Positions 12,811 to 26,000 of a stretch of DNA of 64,000 nucleotides are shown piece after piece. The stretch's first letter is position 1. Each line of letters starts with the position of its first letter. Location of the stretch: the NCBI RefSeq assembly GCF_001447785.1, contig NW_015163751.1, positions 1 through 64,000 on the forward strand, in the 5' to 3' direction. Both the position numbers and the translations under genes were made by a program. This DNA is from Gekko japonicus (Eukaryota). The notes below the pieces were generated by a model. The model was not told the origin of the DNA. It made no database searches and saw only the letters and a list, made by a program, of their open reading frames with translations.

Positions 12811-13958
12811 TCAATGTATATTATGTTTTTATTATGGAAAGGTTTTGCCTTGCCTCTGTAAGCCGCCCTGAGCCTATTGGGGAGGGCGGGGTATAAATGC
12901 GAAAAATAAATAAAATAAATAAATAAAATAAAATCCAGAAACTCTCTCATGTGCTCCTGGACTTGAATCCAGCTGCTTTCTTGCAGAATCTCTCTTGTAG
13001 CCACACTCCCTCCAGTCCAAGGTGAAGCAACGTTCTGAAGACCACACTCCTACTCCAAATAGGGTTGCCAACCTCTTGCTGGAGGTGGGAGCTCCTCTGC
13101 CACAGGCCACACCCCCTGCCTCTAATCAACTGTCTGGCAGGGGGACTTACCAGGAGCAGGAAGAAGGACTAGGCTACGATTCCAGCAATGTGGCAATATT
13201 ACTTCTGGCATTTGCTGGAAGTGATGTCATCAGGCTGGCAAGATCTGGGCAATGCTCTGGTATTGTAGCAAAAACTCTGTGGTAGAAGCCATTTTTCCAT
13301 AGAGTTTTTACCCAAATACCAGAATGTCACTGGGATGGCCAAATGTGATGATGTCACTTCCGGGACGTGCTGGAAGTGATGTCACCAAATAACTGATGAC
13401 GTAGCCTGGCCCTCCTCCCCACTCCTGGTAACCTCCCCACATTCTCCACTGGTTGCCAGCAGGGACCTGGCAACTCTAACCCGAAGGCTAGGACAAAGGG
13501 CCCAGCTGAGAAGAAATTAGGTTGAATTTAAAGAGATGGGGAATGGGGGTGCACATTTTCTTGAAGAAGTGGTTTTAGTGAAGAGGGAATGGGTGGGAGG
13601 GGGGCCCATTCCTCCCATATTAAAAGACATATCCTCAGCAGCACAGTCGTGACTTGGAATCTAATGACACTTGCTTCTTTCATATCTCCTGTCTACTGCT
13701 TCTTCAGTTTAGACCCTTCTGCAATGAAGCCATCCCTTGGAGCAAACACAGGAGCTTCTGAAAAGCTCCCCCCATCCATTATTCTTCTCCCAGTTCAGAA
13801 AGGACCAGCCCTCATGCTCCACAGCCCACAATGAGCAAATTAGCCATGGGCACTCCTTCCAACCAATTAAGTAGTGGCACTGCTCCACCCAAGAGCCTGT
13901 ATAGCCAAAGCTCCATGTGGATTTTAGTCATTAAGAGAAGCAGAGGCAAACAGCTGAC

Positions 13959-14046
13959 ATGGCAACTTGTCTGCGTTATCCGGGCAAGGTGGTGATTGTG
14001 ACTGGTGGTACCCGAGGGATTGGTCTGGCCATCGTGAGAGAATTTG
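13959..14046 (+). CDS. HSD17B14: copy B exon 1
   Basis: ATG at 13959; MATCLRYPGKVVIVTGGTRGIGLAIVREF g|GTgaga; 88 bp. Confidence 0.92.
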
Positions 14047-17000
14047 GTGAGAATGGAGAGAAGTGGGTATGGAGGAGGGGGCATTTCCTGTCAACAGGGG
14101 CTGGGGTTGATCCTTTCAGGAAGACTCAGGACGTCTTGCTTCCTACATCTCTTATCTGGGGCGGAGAGAAATTGGGAATGAGGAAAATGTCTTCTTTATA
14201 TCTGCAGAGGCATTTTTGTCTGTCCTGCCAACATATAAAAGACTCATGGAGTAGTACCTTCTGGCATAAGGTCTTGTGGACTAGAGACTTTTCATTTGCC
14301 TTTGACATCCCATGACTCTTTCTTATGTTATCGTAAATAATAGGTTTGTGTGCTCCAGAACAGATTCCTTCTGTGGAAAACAGGTTACATGAACTATCCC
14401 TATTAGCTCTGGGGTGGGGTGAGCAATTCCTATTTTCATAGCAGGTAATGCTACACCTGCTGAATTTCCAAACTCTTGAAGCAGGACACCAGAATACAAG
14501 GTAGCAAATCTGACTGATACTAGGACTGTGAAGCTGGGTTGGGAAGTATTGGCTGTCCCTTATTTCCAGAGTAAGACTGGATCTTAGGGCTCCAGTACAG
14601 CAAGATTTGAGCACAAAAGTACCTAAAAGAGAAGCAAGATTTTCGGGGTATATCTGACTTTACAGACTCAGATATCTGATGATTCAAGGAGTTTTGACTC
14701 TCAAAAGCTTCTCCCCTGGAGACCTTGTTGGCCTTTCAGGTGCTCCTGGATTCTAATCTGGCTCTTCTCCTTCAGACCACAATGGCTGCCCACCTGAAAG
14801 GGTCTTCATGGAGGGTTTGGGGGGAGGGGGCTTCTGCTCCCCTTATCAGAGAGAGTTTGCTCTGGACAAGGAGATCTGCCTGCAGAAGGCTGCCCGTCCT
14901 GAAACATAAAACAACTCTTATCCCCTCTGAAGTTTTCTGAGGTTGTTTGAGGATGTAAATGGGGGGATGGGGGAAGCAGGGATTGAATCTGTTAAACAAA
15001 TAAATTAATCCAGTGCTGTGCATCTGTGAGTGAGCCAAGCCCCTCTGAGTTTTGTCTTGCGTTCCTTTCTCTCTTCGCCCTCCAGTTCGCCAAGGAGCCA
15101 AAGTGGTCTTCTGTTCACGAGCCTCTGAAGGTGAGACTAAAGCACTTTTTCTACTCCCCCCCATGACAAGCTCCCCTTGTTTGTTTAAATATGGCTGCGG
15201 TCACACAGGCAGGAAAATGCAGGGGGGAAGCGTGGCTGTTTGCCCCGGGGCAAAATAACGCACGGTTGCGCGAGCAGACATCCCATGGAGGTTCTGTGGA
15301 GGTCCCGTGGTAGGGGGGAGGTGCCGATCACACCACAATCCTGCGACACGGCAAAGAAGCGGCGTGCTGTGGCAAACGGGTGGGGGTTTTTTTTGTACAC
15401 AGACGTGTGCGCATGCCCCGTTGGGTGCTTGTGTGCATCCCGAGGACACTTGGGAAAAAAAACCTTTTTGCGAGGGGACATGGGCGGGTGCCGGATGCCA
15501 TGGGATTCCACCGGAAATGCGATCACATGCCCGCCCTTGCCTCACGGTTTCCAGAAACTAGTACCTCCAAGGTACTAGTTTTTTACCGCGCATCTTCGGA
15601 GTGAAGCCTTGGGTTCGCCACGGGAGCTCTATGCTTCCCAGATGTGGCGGTGAGATCGTGCCCAGAAAATCCGCCTATCTTCCATCTCTCTAGCGTGCCT
15701 AATGCTCCGTGTGACTGCAGCCTATGTATTTCCCACCTCAACAGAGATCCTTCTTGAAGCAGTGTACAAAGTAAAACTTAATGAAATCATAAAGCAGAAT
15801 AAATTGTCAATGAAATATTTATTTACTAATGATCAAACACATGAGTAGGAGCAAACCAGAACAACAAGCCATTTAAAGCATGAGTAAGCCACCACTAATA
15901 CTTGCCTACTCTGAGGCAGATTTCCCCCCCAAAATTATTAGTTCCCTTCTGTGACTAAGCAGCTCCAAGTAGTGTGTAAATAATTGTGGTTTTGAAAGAC
16001 TGTCTGTCCCACCCTGTCACACTGATTTCATTTTGACTTTTAATCCAGCCCAGGAATTTGATGCAGAAAAGCAGGAACACTCTTGCTTTATCCTTTGAGA
16101 CGGTATAACATTCAAACAGAAAGAACAATTTTATTTAACAGACAGGGATGGAATAAGTGTAGTCATGGATTGGAAATGCTGAGGTAAAAGTTGTTGATAG
16201 TACAGAATCCACTTCTTTAAAATAGCAAAATAGTGTTGTTCAGTGTTCCCTCTAAGCCGTGGAGTCTTGTGAGCAAAAATTCTCTTTTGTGAGCGACTGG
16301 TATTAAAGTTGTGAGCGAGCGATTTGGCTGTTGCATAGATTAGTTTGCTCTGGAGCTATCCTTCCTGAGTTAGGACAAAAATATGTGAGCTGGAGGCTTA
16401 AAAACTGTGAGCTGGCTCACACTAACTCAGCTTGGAGGGAACACTGGTGTTGTTGAAGCTTATTTTCATTTATTCTTGGATCTTAACTATGAGAGGCATT
16501 TTACTTAGTATTTTAGTTACGGCAACAATGTTTCTCAGACAGATGGTTTTTAGTGTATTGATAAAGGACCAAGTGTGAATGATGGGTTGAAAGGCCCTCT
16601 TGGTGGCTTATCCTGGGTGGATTGGAGGTTAAGCTGTCTTTAACAATGGCTGGGTTCAATTAGAGATACTTAAGAGTTGCCCAGTGATCTATATCGGGAA
16701 ATGGCTCATATTGACTTGATGAATTATCCCTTGGGGCTCGGGGAATATAAATGCTTTGTACATTTCAGTGACACCCTTCCTATGTGATAGAATTTACCTT
16801 GGTCACGACAGGACCAGGAGTGTTTTTGAGATTTGTTTTCAGGCACCCCACTGCGCTAAGGCTTACAAGGAGGTGCCCTTCAAAACAGGCAAGCACAGAT
16901 GAGGAATGAGATTGAGGGGTCTCCATGGGAGGTAATAAAACATGTAAGATCTGCTATGTGCCTGAAGCAAGAAGGAGAATATCCTACCGGGGGCATTAAA

Positions 17001-20000
17001 GGGCTTAGCAGCTAGCATGGTCAAATTAAGAACTTTCTAGTATTTTCAAATGATCCCCTCCTATCTCCTGATAGGCTCACTGGAGACTTCCTCTTCTTTT
17101 AAACCCATTTCCTCCTTAGTTGCTTATTATACAGTTAATTGATTAGATAGTTAGAACCAGGGCTTTTTTTGTAGAAAAAGCCCAGCAGGAACTCATTAGC
17201 ATACTAGGCCACACCCAACAGCAGAAACTCATTAGCATATTAAGCCACACCCCTGACACCACAGCTCATTAGCATATTAGGCCACACCCCATGTTACCAC
17301 ACTCACCTTTTGCTTGTTATTCTGTTTACTTTGTTTGTTGTCAAAACCCTGGGCTTCTTTTTGTAGCAGGAACGTCTTTGCATGTTAGGCCACACCCCCC
17401 TAATGTAGCCAATCCTAATGAGTTTCTGCTGTTAGGTGTGGCCTATTATGCTAATGAATTCCTGCTGGGCGTGGCCAACTCAGGAGCCAGCCGGAACTCC
17501 GTTCCTGTGCGTTCCTGCCCCAAAATAGCCCTGGAGAACCTTCTCTCTTCTCTCTGCACAGTTGTTTCTCTTCTAAATTAAACTGTTTATTCTTTCAGCA
17601 GCTTGAGCTCCGCTCCTTTTTGCATATTTTAAATTCTGCCAACAGGAGGAGGGGTCAGGGGCCTCACAGTCACCCACATCACTTCTGTAGGCACACAGAG
17701 CAGGGCTTCAGAAGCAGATCTTAACTGAGGGAATGGATGGCTCCAAGCCACTGACATCCTTGAAGCTAAGAAACAGCACTGTGGATGGATTGTCAGCAAC
17801 AGATGGGTAGCCAGTGCAGATCTTTCAGCACAGGGAAGGTATGATCCCTGTATCCAGCCCCTGACTCACTTCCAGTATCTCAGGTTAGCTAATATAAAGA
17901 AAATATGAGGTTTAGGATAGTGGTGTAAAAGTAAGTTAGAAGAATAAGAGCTGCTTCAGGCCCTGCAAGAGAGAGCACAGGTAAGAAATTCAGGTTATAT
18001 TCACCCTTGAATAGAATGTTGCAAATGGAGAGAGAGAAATATGCACATGACAGAGGTGATTTCCCACAAGCACTGCTCCGCACTCACTCCTCCCTTTTGC
18101 CCCGATGGTACGTGTCAATTTCACACAAGCTGCTGCGTGGCCACATTTTGCCCCACAGCTTCGTGTGATTTCCCCCGCGTCTACTCAATCCTCAAAAAAC
18201 AGGATTGAGTAGACGCAGGGAAAATCGCACAAAGCTGCGGGGCAAAATGCGGCCGCACAGCAGCTTGTGTGAAATTGACATATACCATCGGGCCAAAGAG
18301 AAGAGTGAGCGCAGAGCAGCACTTGTGGGAAATCACCCAGAAAGTGGGATCATCAGACCTTTTTGGGCTGTGGTTTATCTGTAGACTAGTCAGTCATCAA
18401 GTTCTTTGTCTTCCCCTGTTCCTGTAGGCGACACTAGATGGGGCCTGCATGCCCAAGGAGTTTGTTACCCCATTTAAAGCAAATGTATTTGTTTAGTTTG
18501 CAGAACTTTTTACCTGCCTTTCTCCCAAATGGAGACGACAACCAAGAGAGAGGAGCAACAGTCTCCAAGTCATTTAGCAAACATTCCTGCACGTATTTAA
18601 ATCTTGGGCACAGCTGAAAAGGAAGATGGAGGGATAAGGCAGAGGTTGTACAAGAAAGGCAGGGTTGGAAGGTTTGTTCTACTGGGAACTGTTCTGTTCT
18701 CCCCCCTTGCAGCGAAAAAGGGACAAGCGATTCAGCGGGAGGTGCAGACTTCTGGTTGCCCAGGGGACGCTTTCTATCAAGTCTGTGATGTTCGCAAGGA
18801 GTCAGACATTAAGGTAGGCTAAAACTGAGTGGAGAGTGGTACTTCTTTTGGAGGTTCTTTATTCTGTTGCTACCCTTGCCTTGCCTTAGACGTCTCTTCA
18901 TCTTTGTTCCTGCAGAGGCTGATTTTGGTAACTGTAGAGCATTACGGATGCCTGGACTGCCTTGTGAACAATGTTGGAACTGGTGAGTGACATACAAACC
19001 TTTGGGGCCTGCACCTGTTCCAGGTGTTGGGAACAAGACAGAGAAGGATGGGCAACAAAGACAGAGAAGGATGGGCAACAAAGGAGCCTGGGATGTATGT
19101 GTCTGGATGGGAGGTCATTTCCTGTTTCTTCAAAAGCCAGAACAGACTTGACCTACAGAGGGTTTGAGATAGCCTATATATTCCGGTTCAGGAACTGTTC
19201 CCTCATGGTTTCTGGTCTGACATTTCAGACAGAGCCGTTTTAGTAACGGTTGCCTACTGGAATATATTTTCACTTTCAGACAGAAATGCTTCTGTCCCGT
19301 TAGGGAAGCATTTCTGAACTGTTTTACCTGCAGACTGCTTCCAAGCGGTCTTCACTTTTCTATACCATTTCTGAAGTGCTACGGGGTGCTGTGTAAAATG
19401 CCCCAGTGTGTAAGTACCATGGAAGAGTGCATCTTTGGAGTACTAAGTATAAAGTATGAAGGAGTTAGAGGACATCTCTAATGATAACCAAATGCAAAGA
19501 GTTATTCTGACATTTAAAAGCCCAAGAATTCCCTCCAAGATACTCACTTATATCAATGAACTGAGGTATAAGGGCAACAAGAGATCCTTAATTGATAGTT
19601 AAACACAGAAAAGCCGAGGAAGAAAGGCTACACTAAGGGACACTGAAGTATATCAATGAACTGAGGTATAGGGCAACAAGAGATCCTTAATTGATAGTTA
19701 AACACAGAAAAGCCGAGGAAGAAAGGCTACACTAAGGGACACTGAAGAGTCCAAAGAGCATTTACAAGAAACCTCACTGCTATAGCAGGACTATCAACAA
19801 GAAAAGATTATAAAGAATTAGAGGGAGTCACTGGAATCAACAGCACCATTGAAAATAACCTTTATATTAGGAATCTTGATATTAAACAAGATATTTGTGA
19901 GAATGTCAGCCATAATGATTTTATCAACCAGAAGCATAATGCATTTTTCATGACACTGCCAAAATACTGGATGTTAATAGGTAAAGACTGACTAAAACGT

Positions 20001-23000
20001 GGTCAATCTTTATTTCAGCTGGTCACGATAATATCATGGAATGTCATGGGTTGGGTGGCTAGATCAAAAGAATTGGATGTCAAAAAATTTCCTGAGGAAG
20101 TTTGATGTTATACTGATACAGGAATCATGGTGCGAGAACCCCCTGGTATTAGCGGGATATGATGTATATGACCTACAGGTCAAACCGTCCCTGCGGGGTG
20201 GGGCTGAGGGAGGATTGGGAATATTAATATCTACAGCCTTGAAGGTTAAAATTATCCAACTCCCCTCACATGAACAAATAGCTAAGAACTTGATTATAAA
20301 ATTCAAAGCATTAGACTGTTTATTAATGAATGTATATATTCCCTCTCTTAAAACCAAAGGCTATATAGGATGGGTCTGGCAACAGTTGGAAACTTATATT
20401 TGGGAACTGATCAAAGAAAATCCAACTACAGAGCTGATAGTGGGAGAAGACTTTAATGCTAGATTGGGGAGAGATGATAATTCCTTGTATAGGGGCTATG
20501 ATTTTTGCCCACGATACAGAATTTTCACACTTGCTTTATATAAGACTATCCAAAGATTTGAAAAGCAACTATGCAGGGTTTAGGATGGCATGTATGGCCA
20601 ATGTCTTAAACCTGAATATCCTAAATGGTTCCCATGCAAATCACCACCTTGGAGAGTTTACCTACTGGTCGGGAGCTAGGTTTAGTGTAATTGATTGTAT
20701 TCTGGTCTCAGAAAATGTAATACAATTCATCGAATCATTTGAAGTTGCTACATATTACGGTAGTGATCATATCCCACTTACGATGATCATATCAATCCCC
20801 AAATGTAATTTGCGATCTGAGGATAATTATAAAGGAGAAACTGAATATGGGGAAAAGCACATTAGGATAAGATGGGATGATAAAATGGAAAAAGTTATGC
20901 AAAAGCTTCTCAGCCAGGAAAACATCACTAGCACAGCAAGAAATATTATGTATTTAGATGATGGATATGAAATTGTTAAGACATATGAAGAGCTTATCCA
21001 ACAATTGCAACTCTCATTAGAAAATCATCTTCCTGACACTATCAAAGGTAAACATAGGAAAAAGAACAATGGATGGTTTTGACAAGGAATGTGAACAGGC
21101 CAAAAAAGATCTATTCGGAGTATAGAACTGCCCCTGAGATAGTTTATGAAGAACAACTGAAAATGCAGAAGCAAAAATACCATAAGCTACTCAACAAGAA
21201 AATAAGGAGGCAAGGGAACGAGCTTGATTGCAACTCAGTCAGGCAGTAAGATTAAAAATCCCCTCACTTTTCTGGAAATTAGTGACATTTAATCCTAACA
21301 GAGTCTCTTCTCAGTTCTCTAATGCTGTTTTACCAGAAGTTTAGGTAAGGCATTATAAAGAACAAGTGGAGACCCGCAACAAAATGTTGCGTACTGGGCC
21401 TCGCTGGTCTCTCCCCACCCCTGGCTCTGAAGTGGCGGCAGCTTGCAGCCGCCCGGGCCTCGCTTCGGAGCTGGGCTGCCGGGGGACCAGTGAGCCCCGG
21501 GTGGGCGGGCGGAACAGCGAGGCCCGGGTGGCTGCAGCCGCTCCGGCCTCGCTTCGGAGCCGAGCGGGGGGGATAGCGAGGCCCAGTACGCAATATTTTG
21601 TTGCGGGTCTCCACTTGTTCAAATATAAATAGCACTGCTTTCCCCCAGTTCTCCTCTCAGGACTTGGCAGAACGCCCACCAATAGTACCCCATGAGGCCC
21701 GGGCGGCTCTGAAGTGGCGGCGGCGAGCCCGGCTGCAGAGCGTTTCCTGCGCATGCGCAGGAAACGCTCTGTCACTTTCGGGGGGATTTAAATATCCCCC
21801 CGATATTTGGGGGTTTTTTTTAGATTTTTGTGCACACCTGGGGCCCACCCCACATTTGCACAAAACTCTCCCTCCCCCCCAGCTGCCCCCGGTGCGCGGA
21901 TTTAAGTATCCGCACACCAGGGGGCGACTTCAGTATTAGATATATAGATTATATGGAGCGTTCCGTGCACCTTGGTGTTTAGTCATGCTGGCCACATGAC
22001 CATGGAAGCGTCTTCGGACAGCACTGGCTCTTCGGCTTTGAAACGGAGATGAGCACCGCAACCCTAGAGTCGGATTTGACTGGCTTTCGAGCAAGGGAAC
22101 CTTTACCTTTATGGAGTCATACTCCAGATTGGCTACCTGTTGAACCCTCCGAAGCGAGGTCCCTGGTAGATGCTTTGAAACCAAACAAAGCACCAGGGCT
22201 TGATTTAATACCTGCAGAACTAATTAAGAAAAATATAGATTGGTGACAACCCAGCCCATACCTTCGGATAATCTGGATGAGTGGGCACATATAGATATTA
22301 AACAGCATTGAGGACAGAATCAACCCCTGCGGCACATCACATTCTAGTAGGTGTCACTGAGATAATTCCCCCCAAGTGTCACCCACTGTCCCTGACCTTG
22401 GAGAAACGAGGTCAGCCACTGCAAGGCAAGCCCCCTTATCCCCACACTGGCAAGACAGTGGGTTAACAGACTGTAGTACTAATAAACTACTTTACATCCA
22501 GACGATCTGATGATAATGTGTGACTGGTTGTTTAAACAGTCTTACTTTAAAAAGAGGTATGAAATCCCTCCACATGTTCCAGGGGTGGGGCTCTTTTGCT
22601 GTTTGTGTGTCTTGCCTCTGTGAAACCCATTTTAAATCCTCTCACAAACAGTTCATAATGAACCGATAGATGATGTGAGTGCCCAAGATTTCCGCAACCT
22701 CATGGAACTCAACGCTGTGAGCGTTTTTTTGGCATCCAAGGTGAGTGTTTCTAACATCTAAGCAGAGCCAGTTTGGTGTAGTGGTTAAGTGCGCGGACTC
22801 TAATCTGGGAGAACCGGGTTCGATTCCCCACTCCTCCACTTGCACCTGGCTGGATGACCTTGGGCAAGCCATAACTCTGGCACAGCTGTCCTTGAAAAAG
22901 AGCAGTTTCTGTCAAGAGTTCTCTCAGCCCCACCTGCCTCACAGGGTGTCTATTGTGGGGAGGGGAAGGGAAAAGAGTTTGTAAGCCGCTCTGAGACACC

Positions 23001-26000
23001 TTTGGGTAGTGAAGGGCGGGGTACAAATCCAATCTTTTCTTCTTCTTTACCCTCTTCCCTGAGGGCAGCTGTCTTCATCCAGAGTTGAAAGAACAGTGGA
23101 AGAACCTGGAAGGGTACTCAGAGGTGTCGTGCTATCCCTGTGTCCATCAGTTCTCTCCTGCCCAAATCAGAACAATGGGGAGGAGTCGTGGCTCCACAGC
23201 CGAGGACCAGCTTTGCACCCAAAGGGTTCATCCCTGCCAACTCTAGTTGCAGGGATTTCTGCTGGCTGTGCTGGGGAGGGTCTCTGCCAGTAGGCAATTC
23301 TAAGTTACAAATGCTCCTTCTAAGCTGTGGAGTCCTGTGAGCAAAATTTCTACTTTGTGAACTACTGGTATTAAAGTTGTAAGTGAGCTATTTGGCTGCT
23401 GCATTAATTAATTTGCTCTTGGAGCCCTCCTTCCTGAGCTAAGACAATAATGCATGAGCTGGAGGCCAAAAAACTGTGAGCTAGCTTAGAGGGAACCCTG
23501 GCTATGGCAGCTTCATAAGTTTCTGTTTTGAGATCAGGCACACTGTTTCTGTTTCTCTTTTGTGTACAGTATGCGCTGCCCTACTTACGGGAAACAAGAG
23601 GAAACATCATCAACATGGCCAGTATGGCTGGTGTCATTGGGGTGAAGCATGGTGTGTTGTCTGCCTCAAGCAAGGTAATCTTGACCCAAGGACAGAATCC
23701 TTCTTTTTAAAAAAATGCTCCTCCTCTTCAGCCTTTAATAGCAGCTTGACTAGCAGATAAAGGTTTGCACAGCATGGTGATAGTTAGTGATGAGGGCCCT
23801 TTCTGCACGGAGGTTTCCCCCCCCCACTCTCACAGCTGCTCCACTTCACATAATATTTGTCATTCTGCCTTACCCCCGCTTTCACCCTGCCTTTCTTTCC
23901 ATTTATTTTTTGATTCTGCATGGCTCAGCTCTCAGTTTGCTTTCGGTCTGCTGTTTCCCCGGCATATCTGAATGCGGTTTTCCCTCAGACTTTCCCCTTG
24001 TATCGGTTCCATGTCAGAGTAATTCGAATGCAGAATCATTTCTTTGGATTTATCATCCCCACCTTTTTTTTAACATTTTATTTTCAGTTTCACAAACATT
24101 AAAATAAATCAAACATTCCTTTTATAACTCATACTTTTCTAAAGAAAGTTCATCTTCCTATTTTAACAATTAATATTTTAAACTAGCATTTTCCATTCTT
24201 ACTATAACTTCTTCATTTTCAGCCAGTCTTATATTATATTATATCCCTTCTCATCCACAATTCTTACTCTGACTTATTTTATAATATTAATGTCAATTTA
24301 CACAAACATTCAAATAACTCAAACGAATCCTTTTAGAATTCATACTTTTCCAAAAGCAAGTTTCATCTTTCTAGTTTAGCAATTAGTATTTTTAACTAGC
24401 ATTTTCCATTCCTACTATAACTTCTTCATCTTCAGCCAGTCATATATTATATCCCATCTCGTCCAAAATTCTTCTTCTGGCTTATTTTGTAATATTAAAG
24501 TCAGTTTGTCCATTTCAGCTATCTCTAGTATCTCATCCCCACCCTTAAGGGACCCTCTTGGCTCACTGCTCTGCCCTTCTGCGGGAGTGATTTGCCCTTT
24601 CCCGCTGGTCGATGCAGTGGATGAGTGTTCTCATGTCTGTGCAGGAACACTTTGTATCTGGTTGCCATGGCAGTCTGGGAAGGAGAGAGGAGAGGCTGGG
24701 GGCATTCCAGCAGCCTGGGGTCCAGCGTTCTGCCTTGGGTGTCTTCAGAGCGGTTTCATGTTTCCGCCACCCTGCACCCTTCAATGGTGCACAATCCACA
24801 GCACAGCATTTCCCATTCTGTTTTTTTGTTTGTTTAATTGTATGGTAGAGTCTAGTGGGGTGGCTTTATTGCTATTCTTTGAAAGCTGTGTGACTCCAAG
24901 ACTCGGAAGATAATGCATTCAATTTTTCATATGTATGTTTTCAGTTTGAATGAGCCTTTTTAAAGACCGGGAAAAGTTCCCTTCTGGGGACACGGTGGAT
25001 AACTGTGAGGTGACCAGCAGCAACAATGTGCATGGCATACCACCACTACCCGGAATGTTATCCAAAATGTATTAATGACCTTCCCCTCCTAAATAGGCCA
25101 ATTCCGTGCAGAATACATAATCCACATGATTTGCAATTCCTGGGGGAAAAACGAAGGTTCAGAATTGCAAGCATGGCATTCTTAGTAAAGGTGAATAACT
25201 CAACTGAAAAAGAGAGATTTGCTTCAGTTCCTGGCGATTTCTCTCTATCCATCTTTTTATATAATGAAGTTATATTATATCCATCACTGTCATATTGGAA
25301 AGTAACTACATCTTCTTTGGGATTTGGCATACTCAGCCTACTACAAATTATATGACTGCCAATGAAAAGATCAATAATCAGCAAGACAGTCATTGAATCC
25401 TTCAAGACAAAATGATCTAAGGGATAGAGGACCGAAGTATACTCACTTATGGGAAGGATTTTAGTCCCTTCTGCACCACATTCCTCTCTATCACCATGAT
25501 ATATGCCTATACAATGCAAGTGGGCAACTTGTTCCTAACTTAGTACATTTGTCCCCTGTATCTTCTGCACAACAATGAGGGAGGGAGGAGAGATTCTAGT
25601 CTAAAAGGAGCTCACTAGTCCCGCAGAAAATGTAGAGAAAATCTGCATGGGGAAAGGGATCGGGTCTCCATTCTCTGTGCTTTGAAAAACTCCACTTGTG
25701 GGCTCTTGTAAATCAAGTCGCTCCTAAAGGCACCAGAGGTTAGGTTTTTTCAGGTTCGTTGTCAATCTTCATAGATGAGTTGAAAACCAGCCTGTAAGTG
25801 GTCAAGGTTTTATGGAATGTCTGTTTCTTCACATTGTCAGACTGAAAAGAGCTCACTTAAAGCTCTCCCTTGAATTGAGGCTTCATGGGATTTATTTACA
25901 TGGGATTTATTTACAAGGTCCCCTGCGGTGGCTCAAGTGGTTAAGACGCTGAACTGCAGGTTGTGGAAGGTCAGCATGGTAATGGCGGCAGTACATTACC

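Larger units (their letters stand above)
19480..22243 (+). mobile_element. degraded non-LTR retrotransposon (APE endonuclease plus start of RT, RTE-X-like), interrupted by younger insertions
   Basis: SWNV, ILIQESW, NVYIP, GEDFNARLG, SVID, SDHIPL, GWFDKEC, NKAPGLDLIPAEL, spread across frameshifts. Confidence 0.7.

Noticed and set aside
17190-17300. Short direct repeats (cattagcatattaggccacaccc) resembling a CRISPR array
   Set aside because: Subterminal repeats of a hAT-like element in vertebrate DNA; irregular spacing, no unique spacers, no cas genes.
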